This document shows, piece by piece, positions 25,031 through 38,769 of a DNA stretch of 64,000 nt (position 1 is its first letter; each line of letters opens with the position of its first letter). Made by a program: the position numbers and the translations under genes. The DNA is from Callorhinchus milii. Taxonomy: Eukaryota. The stretch covers positions 30,938,001 to 31,002,000 of the forward strand of contig NW_024704743.1 in assembly GCF_018977255.1 (NCBI RefSeq). The letters run 5' to 3'. The notes below the pieces were generated by a model. The model made no database searches, was not told where the DNA came from, and saw nothing but the letters and a program-made list of their open reading frames with translations.

Positions 25031-25033
25031 TTT

Positions 25034-25970
25034 ACAACAACAAGATTACATTTGTATAGCACCTTTCGCGTCGGGAGGACGTCCCAAGGCGCTGGACAGA
25101 GTACAGCATTTCAGACCCGAGCAGGGGTCAGCGGGGGAGAAGGGCAGGGAGGGGAAGGGGGGTGGCCGATGGCATGGTCGAAGAGGAGGGTCTTGAGGTG
25201 GGACTTGAAGGAAGCTAAGAAGGGGGTGAGGCGGAATTATTGGGGGATGGAATTCCAGAGATTGGGGGCAGAGCCGGCTGAGCAGAGGGAGAGGGTGGGT
25301 TGGTTGGGGGTTAGGAGGTCACAGAGGTAGGGTGGGGCAAGGCCATGGAGGGCCTTGTAGGTGAGGACCAGGATCTTGAACTGGATCCTCTGAAGGATAG
25401 GGAGCCAATGGAGTCGGGCGAGAATGGGGAGATGGGGTCGCAGAGTTTGATGCGGGAGAGGACACAGGCTGCAGAGTTCTGGATTATCTGCAGCCTGTCG
25501 AGGGAGGAGTTGGGAAGGCCGACAAGCAGGGAGTTTGCATAGTCGAGCCTGGAGGTGATGAAGGCATGAACAAGAGTTTCAACGGCCTGAGGGTTGATGT
25601 ACACAATGCCTTTCACAATGGAAGGATGCCCCAAAGCACATTCACATTGCTGGCTGGGCACCTGAGCTGGGGTTGGGCATCACGGGAGTGGAGAAGGGGA
25701 AGTGGACCAAACGTGCCGTCAAATAGGGACGTTTTGGGATGTGCCTTGAAAGTGCGGCCAAGTCGATAGGGTTTGAGGAGGTTGCAGAGGTAGGGTGGGG
25801 CAAGATCATGGAGGGATTTAAATGTGAGAATGAGGATCTTGAGCTTAATCTGCTAGGCAATGGGGGAGCCAAAGGAGCTAAGCGAGAGTGAGGTGATCTG
25901 CTCACAGAGCCTGATGTGGAGGAGGTCACGGTCTGGCTGCAAAGTTCTGGATTGTACTGCCCTAACTGCA
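25034..25970 (-). mobile_element. Two adjacent L2 3' fragments
   Basis: ORF 25311..25661 contains PQAVETLVHAFITSRLDYANSLLVGLPNSSL..LQIIQNSAA; second fragment at about 25745-25970. Confidence 0.88.
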
Positions 25971-28934
25971 AATTGTTTTAAAATGAATGTCTTAAGTTGC
26001 TCCTTGTCTGAAAACCTTTTACGTTTTGATCATTACTGAAGTGCTGGCAGGTTTACTAGCTCTTCAATAGCATTAGAAACTGTGTGGCATTTGGTCTTTG
26101 GTTTAACAGGGTTCCCCTCAGGCAGCACTCAACCCAGAGCAACAGCAATCCTGAGTCAGGAGTTACAACTCCACTCAGCTAACTCACGTCGCTCCAACAC
26201 ACGGTATGGCTCACAAAAGAGTTTTCTCTGGGGGGAATTGTTTCGAACTAGAATGTCAAAACACAGCCAGACCTGACTGTACCGAATGTGCTCAGCTGGA
26301 ATCTGAAGCTACAGTTGCCAAAACCATTTCCCCTACCTCTTTCCCCTGTGTCGCCGTAGGAGCCAAGCCATGCTTTCCCTCCTGGTGCTGGGTCTAACAC
26401 ACAGGTCGCATAGGTCTATGCTAAACTCTCTCTTTCACAGGCTTTACATAGCGGGGAGGTGGGGTGGGGGGGGGGGGGGGGTTATGAAGAGAGGTCTGTA
26501 GTTACTTCACAGAGAAACCATAATACAATTGATCACCAAGGTGGAAAAGAACAAGAGTAATTGAGACAGGCCAAAGAGAAATGATGCCAAGTTTAGGTTT
26601 TAAAAGCCTGTAGATTTATTGGTGAAAGGGAAGTCTGAGAGAGGTAAGGAAATCCAAAGTCTTGAGGTGCTGGGAAAGGATGAGTTACAGTCTTATTGGT
26701 TAAATTGGAACAGAAGCTGCCTCGCTACATAAAACATAAGGCATGATGCATTCAGCAATCAGGCTTCCACTATGCCTCACTAGATGCCCTGCGTTTGAAC
26801 CCAGCGAGTGGTCCAAGCTTAATAATATTAGGTGCTCTATTCAGGGTTTTGATGCTTCTGTCCTCCAGCGAAACCTTTATTGTGTTCTTTCTTCTTTAAG
26901 GAAAAAACACGTACAAGCTCGGCAACACAATGGCTCTAAGCACATTCCTTCCATTGTTTCTTTGCCAAACACAGAGAGAGACACAGACTAAGTTTAGAAT
27001 ACATTCTGCACAAGTCATAGAATTTTCCAAAATAAAAGTGTTTGTCAACAAAACTGCAGCAACGGCATCACCACATTCATCAGTTACCAAGGGTTCAGAC
27101 AATAATCAGGAGTCAGCTGCAAAAGTGCTTTTGCAACATTTCCATGATATCTATAGAGACTCCACTTGAATTATATCTAGGTACTTCATCATCACGATTT
27201 ATGCCAGGTCACAGGTATTTTTGGATTCATTTCCAGGTTCTGAAATCCCATTTCCCATTGTAAAAATGTAATAAAGGGATGACTACAGTTGGCAATCGGC
27301 ACACAGTAGTCCCAAGTGTCACACTGTGGAAGTCCTCAAAGAAGACTCGCTTGCACAGGCTACTTTTTCTCCAGTTTTCTGGGAGATGAAAGGACAACAA
27401 GAAAAAGTCAAGCAGCAGAATAATAATAAATAATAATCAAAGCGCTTCACAGAATATGCTGTAAAGTGAACTGACTGTATATTTGTGGGCGAAACGATAG
27501 CTGGCTGGCAGGCATTTCCTAATTTAAGTGTAAAATCCACTGTGGAACAGCTCTAAATCCAAACCCAATTAAATATGTGTCCCTTTCATATGTGGATTTC
27601 AGTGGGGATATGAATCCAAGATGGGTGAGTAAGGATGTGTGTGTGTGTAGGTGTGTGTGTGAGCATTTGTGATTATATGAAGATAGGAACAGGAGAAGGC
27701 CATTCAGCCCCTTGAGCCTGCTCTGCCATTCTACTAGATCGTGGCTGATTGTTTGTGTATGTGTGTATGTGAGAAAGGGAGATAAGAGAGAAACACACAC
27801 ACACACAGTATTTACATCCCAGTGCTGTTGTCATGGCCCAAACATTATTTTTTATTTCTCCTGACATGGGTGGACTGGCAGGCAAGAAAGAAAAAGAGAA
27901 AAGCAAGCGAGCAAGGAGAAAACTATTCATTTAAAAGGCCACAAGACCAAAATGCAAAAGCACACACACACTGTCTTGCGAGGGATGCTATTATTTTCTA
28001 TGTGTTTAAGCAATTTACTGAGCTTTCCTTCTGGAGCTGAAACCACATACATTTCAAAATAAAACCTGCACTGCAAACAGCAGTTCAGCTTGTTTGTTGC
28101 CAATCCCTACCTGAATTCCCCTTTTTTTTATTTGACTGCTCTGCGCACAGTGCTAAGTTTTCCTGTGTAATGAACGATTCACTTTGCATAAAAGCCAGAT
28201 CAGAGGATGCAAAGGACTATACAACACAGGCCTTACACTGAAACATACTCAAATGCAGTTTGGAAAACATCCGATAGGAAATCAGTGACAGTTTGAGCAG
28301 GAAAGCACAGCTCAGAAGGTGATTCACTGTCAACCTGCTGCTCAGATAGAAAGTGATTAGGTTTAAGTCACTTAACTCTCTCCCTTCACCATTTGTTTGT
28401 AAAATTCCATCAAACCAACTACTATGGCAGGAGCCACAAAGCACTGCCATATTTAGGTTTGTTGTTATTCAAAATATATTTGGGTGCAAAATGCCACACA
28501 TCATAATTATCAACAGGAATATACATCTTCTTGACACCCCACCCTGGTTATTTTAAGGCCCCTCTTCTTTTGGTTACTGAACACTTCTACCAATGCATAA
28601 AACTCATTCCATGACAGAGCAATACATCACAGTGCTGCACCAATGTTCTACCAAGCACAAACCACATTGCGGACTCCGGGGGTAGGTGAAAAGCCTTGGT
28701 TCCAGTACATGAACTGCTTTTCTCAGACAATTTGAGAATCAGTAAGAAAGAAGGCAGGACAGCTGCCTTCTTCACACTGGGGAACAATTCCCTGGCATCT
28801 GGTGTCCTTGTTCAAGTGGCCATTTTTCATACGTGAACCTTGAGTGTTTGCTTTGCTGTTCAACCAGAGAGTATCATAGTTGAGTCTGATCCTGTCCTTC
28901 CAAAGTCCACAAGAAATTTGTTATCAACAGCCAC

Positions 28935-29280
28935 CACCAACAATAACAAATTATATTTGTATAGCGCCTTTCATGTTGGGAGGACGTCCCAAGGCGCTGG
29001 ACAGTCAGGGATTTGGACCCGAGCAGGAGGTTGGGATCAGGAGGGGTGGAGGGCAGGGAGTGTTAGGAATAGGAGGGCGGCTGAAGGCACGGTCGAAGAG
29101 GAGGGTCTTGAGATCTGCCTTGAAGGAGGCAAGGGAGGGAGCAAGGCAAAGGGACTGTGGGATGGAGTTCCCATAGAGGTGCGTGCAAAGAGGCTGAGGG
29201 CCCAACCGCCGATGGTGGGACGGGACGAGCGGGGAACGTGGAAAAGGCCACAGCCTGCTGAGCGGAGAGGTCGATATGGT
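28935..29280 (-). mobile_element. L2 LINE 3' fragment
   Basis: Frames ...LRSAGCGL.HV...RPTIGG.A and SLASFK..LKTLLFDRAF; L2 tail. Confidence 0.88.
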
Positions 29281-31104
29281 GTTAGCAATCGGAAGCTTAT
29301 TCTCAATTGCTGAGGTCAATTGTAGCACCTCATCTGTTATCCCAGCTGAGACAAGTTACCCAACACAGACCAGGATTGTAGTCCAGTTCGGTACCCACAA
29401 GGTCATAGTGAAAGAATCTTTTGTTTTTGATGAACTAGACATACGAAGGATCTTCACACACTGAATGTAAAACATGCCAACTGCAGCTCTACATGGACAG
29501 AAATGTGTACCATCATTAAGCTGCTCCATGAAGTTACTTTGTACTCAATGGACTTAAAAAAAACATATGCTGTATCATCCTGACCTGCATACTCTGCTTG
29601 ATTTTCCATTGATGTGAAAATCGTATTTTTTTAATAAATAATTTAAGGTTGGTAGGGACTGTAACATATTAATGAGGGTTTTTAGAGTAGGCTGTAAACA
29701 GTTCAGAGACACACAGTCTCTGTGAGGCAGCGGAAAGGATAGCCTTTTAAATAAATTACGCAGGACTCTATCATAAGTATTTTCAATTACAAACATGAAG
29801 GAGCTACTGGTTCATATTTAACACATCCCAAATGACATTTAAAATATACATTTGTTTTGTAAGTTTATGAAAACATTGTGTTGATGTATAATGCATATAG
29901 AAATGGAATGCAGGGCAGGACCCTTACATTCTTAACCTCTGACGTGCATCAAATATTAATATTGTTTTGAGCACATTGCATCAAAAGATGGCCAGAGATA
30001 TTTTCTGAAGTTTAGTTTGTTTTGATTTTCATTTCAGCTGTATTCCTTTTCAGCACAAATCAGGCAGAATAGAGTTGGGAAGGAAATATCGACAGACCAA
30101 AACTCAAAAACCCTCATGGTATCCTTAACATACTATTTTCTCTCTCACACACACATGCACACAAACACTCATTGCTCTTCTGCTCCCCACCCTCTCTCTC
30201 ACACACACACACTGGCCTCCTGCTCCACCACCCATCACCCTCTCTCTCAAACACACAGCCCTTCCTTAGCCTAAAGAACATTTCATTAAAATGTAAAATC
30301 ATGCATAATTTTAGAAAATTCCTAAACGTGGTTTTACTCTGGAAATGGGTTTTGCCCAGCATCCAAAAAGAACAGCCAGAAACCAAATGGCTTCCAAATT
30401 ACATCTGATTTTCAGAACTATTCAAAATTCTGCAACATCTTAGCATTTTAAGACAATGGGGTTAAGGGTAAAACCGGGAGATTTTTTACATGCTTTGCTG
30501 ACATCCAACCAAGATCTCAGTGAGCTGAGCAAGCGACTCCTGTGGAAGATCAGGGATTCACCTTCTGATATTAAACCATCAGGTAGTGAACCCAAGCTCA
30601 GTGCTGGCATTGACTTTGGGATTCAGAGAGCACTGATGCAGAGTCGTTGCCACCCCCCCCACCTCCTAGACTGATAGATTGATGCAGTCAGGAATGATAT
30701 CTACCATATATTAAGAGTGTGAAAGAAGAAGGCTTCCGTGCCTTCATCTGCATAGCATTAGTTTGACTTGGACAATAGCATGACACATGGTAAGTCTGTA
30801 CTGAGAGTGAAGAGAATTCAGGCTACAAGAGCTGCCATTTTAAAACAAGCCCAATTCACTCTATCCTGAACATTTCTAAGTTTCTACATTCAGCATTAGA
30901 AAAAGACTTATCCTATAGCAAGCTTACTTTAAATCATTTAAGTCAGTGCCAACTGACAATAGCTGCACGAGCTGAGCAAAGATTTAGGGCAGAGATAGAA
31001 ATTCTGCGATTTGGAAATTAATATTACTATCTCCCCTCATTCCTCTTCCCATAAAAAGGAATTACAATTTGTTTGAAAAAATTGTGTTTGATACCCACAA
31101 CAGT

Positions 31105-31450
31105 TCACCTGGTAAAGCACAGCCTAATGTAGAAATTAATCATCTTAATCAGAGATATCCCAGGTTCAGTGGTTCCTATTTACTGAGTTAGCTGGTGTTC
31201 AGTTGGAGCAATACAATTGGACTCTGAGGTAAGAAAAGGCAAAAAGAATCAGTTCCAGCTGCTGAGGAGCATCCGCTGACCCCTGCTGAAAAGCATGCAA
31301 ACGGGTCAGGTTTGGATGCGATGCTCCCTCACACTGTAGCCTGCCGGCATTTCCTTGCCTAAACTCACACGTGACGATTAGCCACTTGGGCAAGGAACCA
31401 GAGTGCAGCTGGTGTTGTACAACCGTGCCCCAGTGTGAGTCAATGCTTTC
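31105..31450 (+). mobile_element. Old SINE-like family B copy
   Basis: ctgagttagctg...tacaattgg...tgacccctgctg...gccacttgggcaagg; homologous blocks at about 10235, 28800, 37870, 42780, 44905, 47015, 48315 and 60245. Confidence 0.65.
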
Positions 31451-33312
31451 ATATGAGCATTTAAAATTGATGGGGAAGATGGTTTCAATTTTTTTTGTTT
31501 TTCACACTCACGCTGTATTAGCCAAAAATGTTAACTGCACAGGAACTAAGGGTAGACAGGCCAAAAGAAAAAATGGTAGAGTACCACACTGATTTCTTCA
31601 GCCCCAGAGGATGCTCACTCCATGTCTCTGTTCACGGGCTGAACGTTGCAGGTTATTGGGAGAACAGCAATGAATGTAATTAAATTGTTGTTTTATAGGA
31701 GCTGATGGATAAACTGAAGTCACAGATAGGCCTGACAATCCACCAAGTCTTAGCCCATAAGACAATTAAAAAAAGACAATTTTGTCGTGAAATTTAAGAT
31801 TGTGCAGAGAGAAGCGTTCTAGTTTAATAAGAACTGTGGAAATGGGGTAACAAATTAGGTCTAAATTTTATATATATATAATAATTCTTCCATTTGATAT
31901 AGCGCCTTATGTCTTCGAGACGTCTTTTATTTCAAAACATAATAGCCTTATTGGCGAGCGGAATTGAAAGGTCTTGTTTTTTTCTATGCTTTACATTTAA
32001 AAATGGGTGCTTCAAAATCATAGAGGACAAAACAATTTTATATAAAAAAGGAATTTAGACTGTGCAGAGCTCTTTTTATGTAAGACTGTAATTTCTATCA
32101 AACGCAAAACACTGAAAGGACTTCATCAAAAATTCTAACCTTCTCAGCGTGGGCCCTTCAATTTATAAGCTGCAAGACATATCTACTGCTTTCTACTAGT
32201 GCTTTCAAATTGAGATTCTGGAACAACCGAATTGAAATGGCCGTGTCCAAAACTCCCTGCCTCCTGCTGTCAGCCAGTGCTGCTTCGGGGTAGAGAGAAG
32301 CAAGAGGGATTAGCTGGAATTTGAAGGCAGTCAGGCTTCTAATGGGGCCATTTTAGCATAACAAAAGAGGAAGCCTTAGTCTTTCACCGTTGGGCAATGC
32401 ATCTCATTATGGACAACTGAATAACAATTACCCCCATCCCCCATGAATAAGTTCGGCAAGGTTTAAAAGGGGTTTGAGACAAGGTCGGTTAAATGTATTT
32501 TGTTGCACCCCCTTGTACACGCTTCAGGGTAAATGGCAGTGATATTTAATTCCATGCACCTGTATGTAGCTGCTTGATTATGACTCCTGCACAAATGAAA
32601 CTTTTTCCTGATCAAATGTATCAGGGTTTAGCACAGAAGACTGAATGCTGCTGTGCACTGCTCCAGTAATAAGAGGCAGAGCTGCCCCAGCACAGACAAT
32701 TCCTTCCTGTGGCATATGGCTGCATGACAGCATCACCATCAAGGGCTTGCATCAGGATAAAGTGAGGGATTAATTAAAAGTGATAAATGTGATACAAATT
32801 CTTAATGCCTTTTTTTAAAAAAAATGCATATTAAACAGAAAGGACTTAGGCTGTGTTTTTAGTTACCATTCATTCATTCATTCAATTCATTCATAATGAG
32901 CTGCTGTAAACTCGTTTTTATGCTGTTTTTTTCAAATGGGCATCTTTCTGAAGCCTGTTTAAAAAAAGAACTCAATATAATTTATTTTGCAATAAAAGCA
33001 CACCATATATAACACGTCAGCAATGAGAATGGGTCATAACTTCAAGAACAGGAACTGTCAGAGATGAGCAAAGAATGAAGTGATAGAGAATAAACTTTGA
33101 ATTTAGGATTACAGGCAAAGAGCAATTATGGCTGCTGACAGACATCTGTTTAAAGAAAGATCCACCGTCTTTATCTTACAATCTTCCTACCTTTAACTAC
33201 TCTGCCACGTTCCTGTTGGAATCCAGGACTCGCCAGCTTTACACCATATTTGTGCATCCCATTCCTGAATGAACAACTCCTATTGGCTTTGTACTTGGAT
33301 GTGTTCTTTTAT

Positions 33313-33590
33313 GTTTTTTGGGTCGGACACATGAGGAAACCCATTACCGTGCTTAAGAGTATCCAAACCAAGCTGAGATTTCCATGCATCCCACCTACAC
33401 GTGGAAATTCCAGAGATAGATTGATGGAATGTGCACTCTCTCCTTGGAGGGACACATCCTGCTTACCTAATTCCAGAAAGTATTAGCTGCAGATTGGCAA
33501 GAGTCAACGCTTGGGGACCCCGGAGTGTGCATTGCGGTACTGCTGGAGTCTAACCAGTTAAAATCACATAGCTTGCCATTGATATCGCTA
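33313..33590 (-). repeat. Family C repeat copy (3' part)
   Basis: Clear alignment to 8453-8740; ORFs 8215..8622 and 33250..33486 both show RKPIT..KSIQTKLRFPCIP for this reason. Confidence 0.88.
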
Positions 33591-36034
33591 TCTGATGAGT
33601 GGTGCAATGTAAATGCAAGTTGCTGTTGTTGATTTTTCTAGATAGCCTCTTTTTATTTACAATGAAAAAATGCATATTTCTGGATGCACCTTTTCTAAAC
33701 ATGCGTTATTGCACTAGTGCTATGGTATATACTGGATTCCCTGTGCCACAGGAATTTACAGGTTATCCTATGCTACAACAATTTATAAGGCAAATACAGT
33801 AATTCAGTGATTAAGTGAAGCAGTGGTGCCAGGGGTTGATCAAGATTTTCTCTGCTGTACAGAGTCCCTGATCTATGCTGATGGTCACTCATGTGAAAGA
33901 ACAGCTGCCCATTGTTTTACAGAGCCTTGTGAAGACTGGTTAACTCAGGGTATCTCTCCATCTGGCCCCACGGGTTAGTGAACCAAATAAGCAGGGTTGT
34001 TGCTTTGGAAGATCAACGCCAGAAGCAAACATTTGACTCAGGAGCTCATTTTTCAGCCTTTAAGAGATATTCTTGTCAGCTGCATCATTAGGTATCGATG
34101 TAACCTTGAGAGACTGCATTGTAACGGGTGTAAAGTGAAAGGTATGGAAATAATAAGGCTGCAGATGTTAAAGCAGGAAATTGTATTAGAGCCTCCCAAA
34201 TTTAAAAAGGACAGGTATTCTTTGGGGGCAGTTAGCAGAGGTGGGGAGAGGAGTGGTGAGAGGAATATCTAGCATCTGATGCACAATTTCTGGGAGGAAA
34301 CATCGATTTTGGACCTTTTAAGCAGCAATTGTACTGCTTTGTATTTGGGAATTTCAAATAAGTCTACAGCAGTATGGCAAGGAATTCATAATGTTTCCCG
34401 GGGTGGCGGAAAGGGAAGAGAAGAACTCAGACTGTTGACGATTTGTGATATTCGCAAATACTAGATCTGGAACTCAGCTTTAGCACTGATATCCTGGTGG
34501 GCACCATAATGAAATAGCCTCATCATTTCTGATGCAATAGGCACAAATACAACTATAAACCTCTGATCAGAAGTTTCATTTGGATCAATTTAAAAAAAGG
34601 GAGCATTCTAAAGTGTCAATGTTTATGTGTGTGTGGGGGAGAATACAAGCAATGGTGGTCATTTTGCTCTAAAGCTGCCTAGTGATGAGTACTATTGTGG
34701 GAGTTCAGTGGAACAGGTTTAATATTAATAATAATGCTTGCATTTGATACATTGCCTTATCGTGTCTTTGAGACTTCTCAAAGCGCTTCACAGAATATAC
34801 TGTAAAATGAATTGACTCTATATGTTTTGGGTGTCACAAAAGTGACATACTTTTCTCCTGAGTTGCTGATTTTTCTTTTGACTGATGTTGTGTACCTATA
34901 GTCAAGATAATTTGTATTCATTTATTTAAGCCTCATGGTCTTCTATGACATCATTTACTGCCAAGAACGATGGGTACATTTGACACTAACAACTAATGTT
35001 TCCCATTCATGGTCTGCACCATGACTTCACTTATATTCCCCAAATAAAAACATTCTAATTGCTAATGGGCTCTCAGTGAGATCAGTCCCAGGCGACACCA
35101 TTTATCCATTTTATTTTGGTCAGCCGGGTGTCTGACACAATTACGTTCCTGGCTGATTTATCCATAAGTCTGGGACATAATGGATGGAATGACTTCATTG
35201 CTTGGCAGCAAAGGACACTAAGCCGACTGCAGCCTAGAGATCTTCTACTCTATGAAGATCCAAAATCACATTCAGAAGGCATTAGAAGCAGTCATTTCTT
35301 TTTCATTTTCTACCTTGATCAAAAAAAATGCCTTCACAGCAATTCCTCACTCTGCGTTACTACATAAAGGATCAAAAGACAACTTGGAATCCTTTCCCAG
35401 GTCTATCGACTTGAGAGATGCATTACCACCCCAAGCTGCCTCTTAATATGTCCCTGCTTTGAGCACATCTCTAAACAGTTTAGAGAAATTCAGAAGTTAA
35501 TTACTGGATTCGCTCATAAAATACAGTCAATCAACTTTAAAGTATATCCTATGATGCACCTTGAGAAGTCTTGACGAGGTGAAAGGCGCTATATCAAACG
35601 CAAGGATTATTATTATTATTATAGATACTGTATCCAGATTCAGACCAATGCTATCTCAGTGTAAGTGATCCACATTATTCAAACTGAAGGCACAACATAT
35701 GTCCACATCATTGGTTTTGTGACATGCAGCAAAGCAGTCAAATTTGTTCAATGACAAAGGATGCAGAGGTAAGCAGCTCCCGCTCAAGCTCCCAACTAGT
35801 AGAACCATTGCTCAATGGGTAGGGATGTGTGTCCAAGCTGAGGGCAGGAAGATGGTGGCAAAACACTATATCACATTTAAGCTGAGCTGTACTGTTCACC
35901 AGACAGCTCACAGGGAGTTCCTGGCACCTGCCATCCACCTCGTGAAGGCTCGAAAGCATACTTGTTGGATATCAAATGATCAACTTCTAACAATCCTCTG
36001 GTGGGCAGGGGGGAGTGGGGGGGGCAGGGGAGGA

Positions 36035-36683
36035 CGAAGGTAAGTGGGATCTCCATGGCGCTGAACTGGCATCAAGACGACATGCTTGAACGTTGCAATT
36101 GAGTAAACCCTCTGTGCCAGTCTCAGTTGTCTGATTCCTGAACCAGTCAGTCTTCCCACTCAGCTCCTGTTTAACCCTGCAAGTCAAAGCCCTAACAAAT
36201 ACAGTGGTCCTAGCTGGGCAAACAGCAGGAAGATTGCTAAACAATGCTTTCAATGGCAAGCTGTGGGTAAGCTTCAGCAGTTCACAAACATACAATACTC
36301 ACATATATCTGATCTGTATAAATCGTATAATCCCTAAGTCTCATTGAATTTCCTATAATTTATCCAAATTTCACATAACTCATACTTTGCATAAGTCATG
36401 TTAAATGTATGATCCCAATTGATATAACCTAGGTGAGGAAATTGTATATAAATATAAAGTTATTGTTGTACACCCTGCTGTCCTCAAGTCTTGGCTCTGA
36501 CCAGCTTGAGCCTAATACTCACCGGAATTAGATAAGCAGGATGCATCCCTCTGGGGAGAGAGTGCTCATTCCATTCCAGACACGGAAAATTTCATGTGTA
36601 GGTGACATATTCAGTCTGGTTTGGAAATCCTTTAGCATAGTGATGGGGTTCTGCATCTGTCAGTCACCCGGCTGACCAAAAAG
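36035..36683 (+). repeat. Family C repeat copy, with internal deletion and an AT-rich insertion at about 36280-36465
   Basis: aggtaagtgggatctcc, ttcctgaaccag, ttaaccctg..caaagccct, ggaattagataagcaggatgcatccc and terminal cacccggctgaccaaaaa are reverse complements of blocks in the other copies. Confidence 0.8.
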
Positions 36684-37869
36684 AATCAAAGAATATCACG
36701 AAACCCAGGATGCAACAATAATCCCCAATGATAGTGAAATCACACCACAAGACTTTCTCTCCTTGAAATGGTGCAGGCTAGAATTGCACGTCACATTTTG
36801 CAAAGATTACACACCAACCTCTTTTTCATTTCTGCCACCTCAAAAACCATCTACACTGAACTGCTGGCTCTTAGGCAAATTTGCTTGATCTTAACTACTT
36901 TGATGAATTACTTAATTAAAATAAAACTGTTGAAGGGAGAAAACAATGGCCTAATGCAAATATAAGGAATGAATGCTTTGATTTTCCTTCTCAGTCGCAG
37001 AAAGGTGTACATCCTAAACAATGTGGCTCTTAAGCATGCAAGCCAATGTGCGGACCAGGACAATGTGCTTGGAGGTGAAAGGCTGGGAGACAGCCAGTGT
37101 TTGTCTTTAAGTAACTGCTGGAATAGTGACAGCTCTGTCCCAGATATTAGCTGACCCTGTCATCGTAAATCTGCTGCTTGGGCAGTCATCAGACTGCTTG
37201 TTAAACAAGCCAAAAAGCAAGGGGAAGAAACCAAGGCAAAACAACACTGTGCAAACAGAGAGGATAACAGGATTTACTGGTTCACGGTCCTTTGTGGAAA
37301 AAAAAGTGTGGTTCCATGGCCCCCTGTTAAGACTGTACTTCAACCTCTAGCCAATCTCCAGGCTCATTATTAACTGGCATATATTCCCAGCAGTCTGCAC
37401 AGGGACCTCCTGATCTCCACCAAACGGATGCTGCTGTTCCAAGCACAGAATTACCATTTTTTTGTTAACGCCAGAGTCAGCTGCTGTGACTGGTGTAAGA
37501 AGATTACAGAAGCGACGACAAGACGGGTGTCTAAACTCATTAATTTAATCCGAGAATCCGCCCATAATTGGTTGCGTTTGAAATTTGCATTTTGCTGTCT
37601 GCTGCACATTCCGTGTGAAGAGGCTGTGGAGCTGGAAAGGTGCCAGGAGATAGTCACATACCCATCAACACTGTCAGGATGTGGCATTCACCAGGAGGTC
37701 AGCAGTACAGGCGTGGCTTGTTCCCTAACAGTCACACAGCGCCACACTACTGATTGTGATTTCACAAGAAGTTAAACTTTTGGCTTTTTTTAAATAAAAT
37801 TTTTTAGTGTGCCTAATTATATTTCTATTTTTCTCTCCATTCGCATATGTCCCTCCGCTCCTAGTTCCC

Positions 37870-38240
37870 AGTCTTCTCTTGCTGGGGTGTGGCTCCATTT
37901 GCTCTGGTTGTCCTCAAGTACCTCGTCCAAATGGCCACTGTTCATATGTGAGCCTTGGCAATGAATGTCCCTAGGCTGCTTGACGGGAAGGCTTCACAAC
38001 CGAGCCTGACCTTGCATCACACGGCTGCCACAATTTTGCACAGCCAACAGAGGGTGCTTTAGAGGGATGAGAAGCAGGAAACTTGTTTGGTTTCCTCCTC
38101 CACACACCCCCAAGCTAGGAAGGCCGAGTGCCAATTTTATGCATCCCAGCTGAGAACAGGATCAGGATTCGAACCAGCGACCTGCTGGCCTATCCACAAA
38201 ACCAGGGATTGGTCATCCCTGCACTAAACCATCAGGGCAG
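37870..38240 (-). mobile_element. Family B SINE-like copy
   Basis: gtacctcgtccaaatggcca...atatgtgagcct...; B-box-like ggattcgaacc near 38165. Confidence 0.6.
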
Positions 38241-38769
38241 CAGCCAAACATTGGTTTCGTAGCTATTCTCTTTCATTGTTGGGTTTCCACGTACCCCCAA
38301 TCTAAATATTGATAGCACCAAAACGCTGACTGAAAACAATGTGAGCTGTCGCCTTGATTGCTGCTCAGCAGGTCACTATTTTCAAAGAAAGAGCAGCCGT
38401 ATTCACAAAGGCTACCAACGTCAGACTGCACTGCTGTGAAGTGCTTTGAGGCATCTCGAAGACGTGATAAGGCTCTATATCAAATGCAAGGATTGTTATC
38501 ATATTTATTATTGGAGGGCAGCCCATCCCGTGCGTACTGCATATGAGGAGCAAAAGGACTTGTTCAATCTACTTTGTCTTAAATCTACTTAGAAATAATA
38601 ATAGGATGTGGGAGTTGTAAACGCTTATTCTTTGGCTCCTGTCAACGTCTTCTCTCCGGCGGGTCTGACCTCCTCAACCTCCCTGGGCTCTCTCTCAGAC
38701 TCTCTGAAGGCTGGACAATTCGAATGCCCTCCTCCCTGGTCTCCCCAGCTTCACCATACACAAAATCCA

